Source: Macrostomum hystrix
Taxonomy: Eukaryota > Animalia > Platyhelminthes
NCBI GenBank assembly: GCA_950097015.1
Contig: CATNEN010000033.1
Coordinates: forward strand, 4,154,001 to 4,218,000
Direction: 5' to 3'
Length of the DNA: 64,000 nt
The position numbers were made by a program, and so were the translations under genes. Shown piece by piece: positions 61,734 through 64,000 of the stretch. The notes under the pieces were generated by a model that was given only the letters and a program-made list of their open reading frames with translations, made no database searches and was not told the origin of the DNA. How positions within the stretch are numbered: position 1 is the first letter of the stretch; each line of letters opens with the position of its first letter.

Positions 61734-63202
61734 TTACATAAATTGATGATGCTGATGTGCCACTGAGTTTGACCAGCTGTTGTGCGTACTGAACGGTGAG
61801 ACACTCTGAAACAAAGGATTTTTATGCATCTTAATATATAAAATAGTATAAAAGTTCTAGTAGGCTACTAGTGTAAAGTAGAAAAGGTAGTGTAGATTGT
61901 AGCATTCAACGCGATATAGAAGATTGTGGACAACACGGTACACGGTAGACAAGAGAGTAGACTAGGAGATGGTAGACAAGAGAGTAGACTAGGAGATGGT
62001 AGACAAGAGAGTAGACTAGGAGATGGTAGACAAGAGAGTAGACTAGGAGATGGTAGACAAGAGAGTAGACTAGGAGATGGTAGACAAGAGAGTAGACTAG
62101 GAGATGGTAGACAAGAGAGTAGACTAGGAGATGGTAGACAAGAGAGTATACTAGGAGATGGTAGACAAGAGAGTAGACTAGGAGATGGTAGACAAGAGAG
62201 TAGACTAGGAGATGGTAGACAAGAGAGTAGACTAGGAGATGGTAGACAAGAGAGTAGACTAGGAGATGGTAGACAAGAGAGTAGACTAGGAGATGGTAGA
62301 CAAGAGAGTAGACTAGGAGATGGTAGACAAGAGAGTAGACTAGGAGATGGTAGACAAGAGAGTAGACTAGGAGATGGTAGACAAGAGAGTAGACTAGGAG
62401 ATGGTAGACAAGAGAGTAGACTAGGAGATGGTAGACAAGAGAGTATACTAGGAGATGGTAGACAAGAGAGTAGACTAGGAGATGGTAGACAAGAGAGTAG
62501 ACTAGGAGATGGTAGACAAGAGAGTTGACTAGGAGATGGTAGACAAGAGAGTAGACTGGTAGATGGTAGGCAAGAGAGTAGACTAGGAGATGGTAGACAA
62601 GAGAGTAGACTAGGAGATGGTAGACAAGAGAGTAGACTAGGAGATGGTAGACAAGAGAGTAGACTAGGAGATGGTAGACAAGAGAGTAGACTAGGAGATG
62701 GTAGACAAGAGAGTAGACTAGGAGATGGTAGACAAGAGAGTAGACTAGGAGATGGTAGACAATAGAGTAGACTAGTAGATGGTAGACAAGAGAGTAGACT
62801 AGGAGATGGTAGACAAGAGAGTAGACTAGAAGATGGTAGACAAGAGAGTAGACTGGTAGATGGTAGACAAGAGAGTAGACTGGTAGATGGTAGGCAAGAG
62901 AATAGACTAGTAGATGGTAGACAAGAGAGTAGACTAGAAGATGGTAGACAAGAGAATAGACTAGGAGATGGTGGTAAAGTCTTTCTGAAAGAGACAATTG
63001 AGTAGTGTGCTCACCGACTCCACAGGAGCCACACCGCCGCCGCCGGTCAGACCGACACTCCGGCGCAGTAGGCCGGTTACCCGGTTCGACAATGAGGCCA
63101 GCCAGCCCTTGGGCTCCAGACTCGACGACTCCGAGACCTCGTCGCAGTCGGGCCAGCGATGCGAGGCCTCCAGGTCCGACCACTCAAGGTCGGAGCCATA
63201 GA

Positions 63203-63236
<34 letters not shown>

Positions 63237-64000
63237 GGCGTCTAACGCTGAATCCGTTTCGATAGGATCTTCATAGCCTGAACTGCCGAATCCCACCTGA
63301 GCTGGGGCGATACCTGACGCTCCACCTGAGCTGCCGAATCCCACCTGAGCTGGGGCGATACCTGACGCTCCACCTGAGCTGCCGAATCCCACTTGAGCTG
63401 GGGCGATACCTGACGCTCCACCTGAGCTGCCGAATCCCACTTGAGCTGGGGCGATACCTGACGCTCCACCTGAGCTGCCGAATCCCACTTGAGCTGGGGC
63501 GATACCTGACGCTCCACCTGAGCTGCCGAATCCCACTTGAGCTGGGGCGATACCTGACGCTCCACCTGAGCTGCCGAATCCCACTTGAGCTGGGGCGATA
63601 CCTGACGCTCCACCAGAGCTGCCGAATCCCACTTGAGCTGGGGCGATACCTGACGCTCCACCTGAGCTGCCGAATCCCACTTGAGCTGGGGCGATACCTG
63701 ACGCTCCACCAGAGCTGCCGAATCCCACTTGAGCTTGGCCGATACCTGACGCTCCACCTGAGATGCCCAATCCTACCTGAGCTGGGCCGATACCTGACGC
63801 TCCACCTGAGCTGCCGAATCCCACTTGAGCAGCTGGCATGGCAGTCGCCACCGAGTTGAATCCTGTTCCAGCATTGCTGGTTGTCACTTTAATTGGAGCC
63901 TGGCTGTGAACTGTAATTGGAACACTGGAGTCCCAGCTCTCCGTTGCCTGTGGCGGATTCGGCGCATCCCAGACGCCATCGGCTAGCTGCTGTTGAACGG
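61734..64000 (-). CDS. 3' part of an unidentified gene: exon >64000-63015 with a 16-aa Gly/Ser-rich repeat and polyQ, probable last exon 61805-61734
   Basis: The frame is open from the window edge to donor TCG|GTGAGC (63014). A phase-0 acceptor TTTCAG| at 61806 leads to TAA at 61736-61734. The last-exon choice is tentative. Confidence 0.65.
61942..62972. repeat. 27-bp minisatellite GGTAGACAAGAGAGTAGACTAGGAGAT, ~38 copies, intronic
   Basis: Direct reading; lies between donor 63014 and acceptor 61806. Confidence 0.99.
63282..63832 (-). repeat. 48-bp coding tandem repeat (AQVGFGSSGGASGIAP)x~11.5
   Basis: In-frame within an exon, flanked by non-repetitive coding sequence. Confidence 0.9.

Noticed and set aside
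12377-62972. Arrays as CRISPR loci
   Set aside because: Head-to-tail repeats without unique spacers, no cas genes, eukaryotic context.
61906-63183. (LVYSLVYHL)n and (GRQESRLGD)n ORFs
   Set aside because: 27-bp intronic satellite bounded by donor 63014 and acceptor 61806.

Overview
Eukaryotic (animal) genomic DNA, not prokaryotic. It has GC-rich, Ala/Ser/Gln-rich spliceosomal exons, AT-rich spacers and about 30 unrelated mini/microsatellite arrays covering roughly 26 kb (~40%) of the window. This style is consistent with a Macrostomum-type flatworm genome (inference, not confirmed). By chaining GT-AG sites in phase I reconstructed these genes: a KANSL1/NSL1-like PEHE protein (+), a CRACD/KIAA1211-like protein (+), an orphan coiled-coil protein (+), ABHD18 (+, 5 exons), PRADC1 (-, 4 exons), a 14-exon Lbc-family RhoGEF (AKAP13/ARHGEF28-like, -), and the 3' end of a gene with a 16-aa Gly/Ser repeat (-). 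Small transposon-derived elements are also present: a 520-bp MITE with an 8-bp TSD, a 49-bp perfect hairpin with an 8-bp TSD, an older inverted-repeat element and a tRNA-type SINE-like fragment. The most striking pattern is that many introns are a near-minimal intron inflated by one private minisatellite. The monomers often carry a palindromic core, and several arrays show exact higher-order duplications. All long ORFs made only of repeats are treated as artefacts. All counts were done by eye and array edges are approximate.
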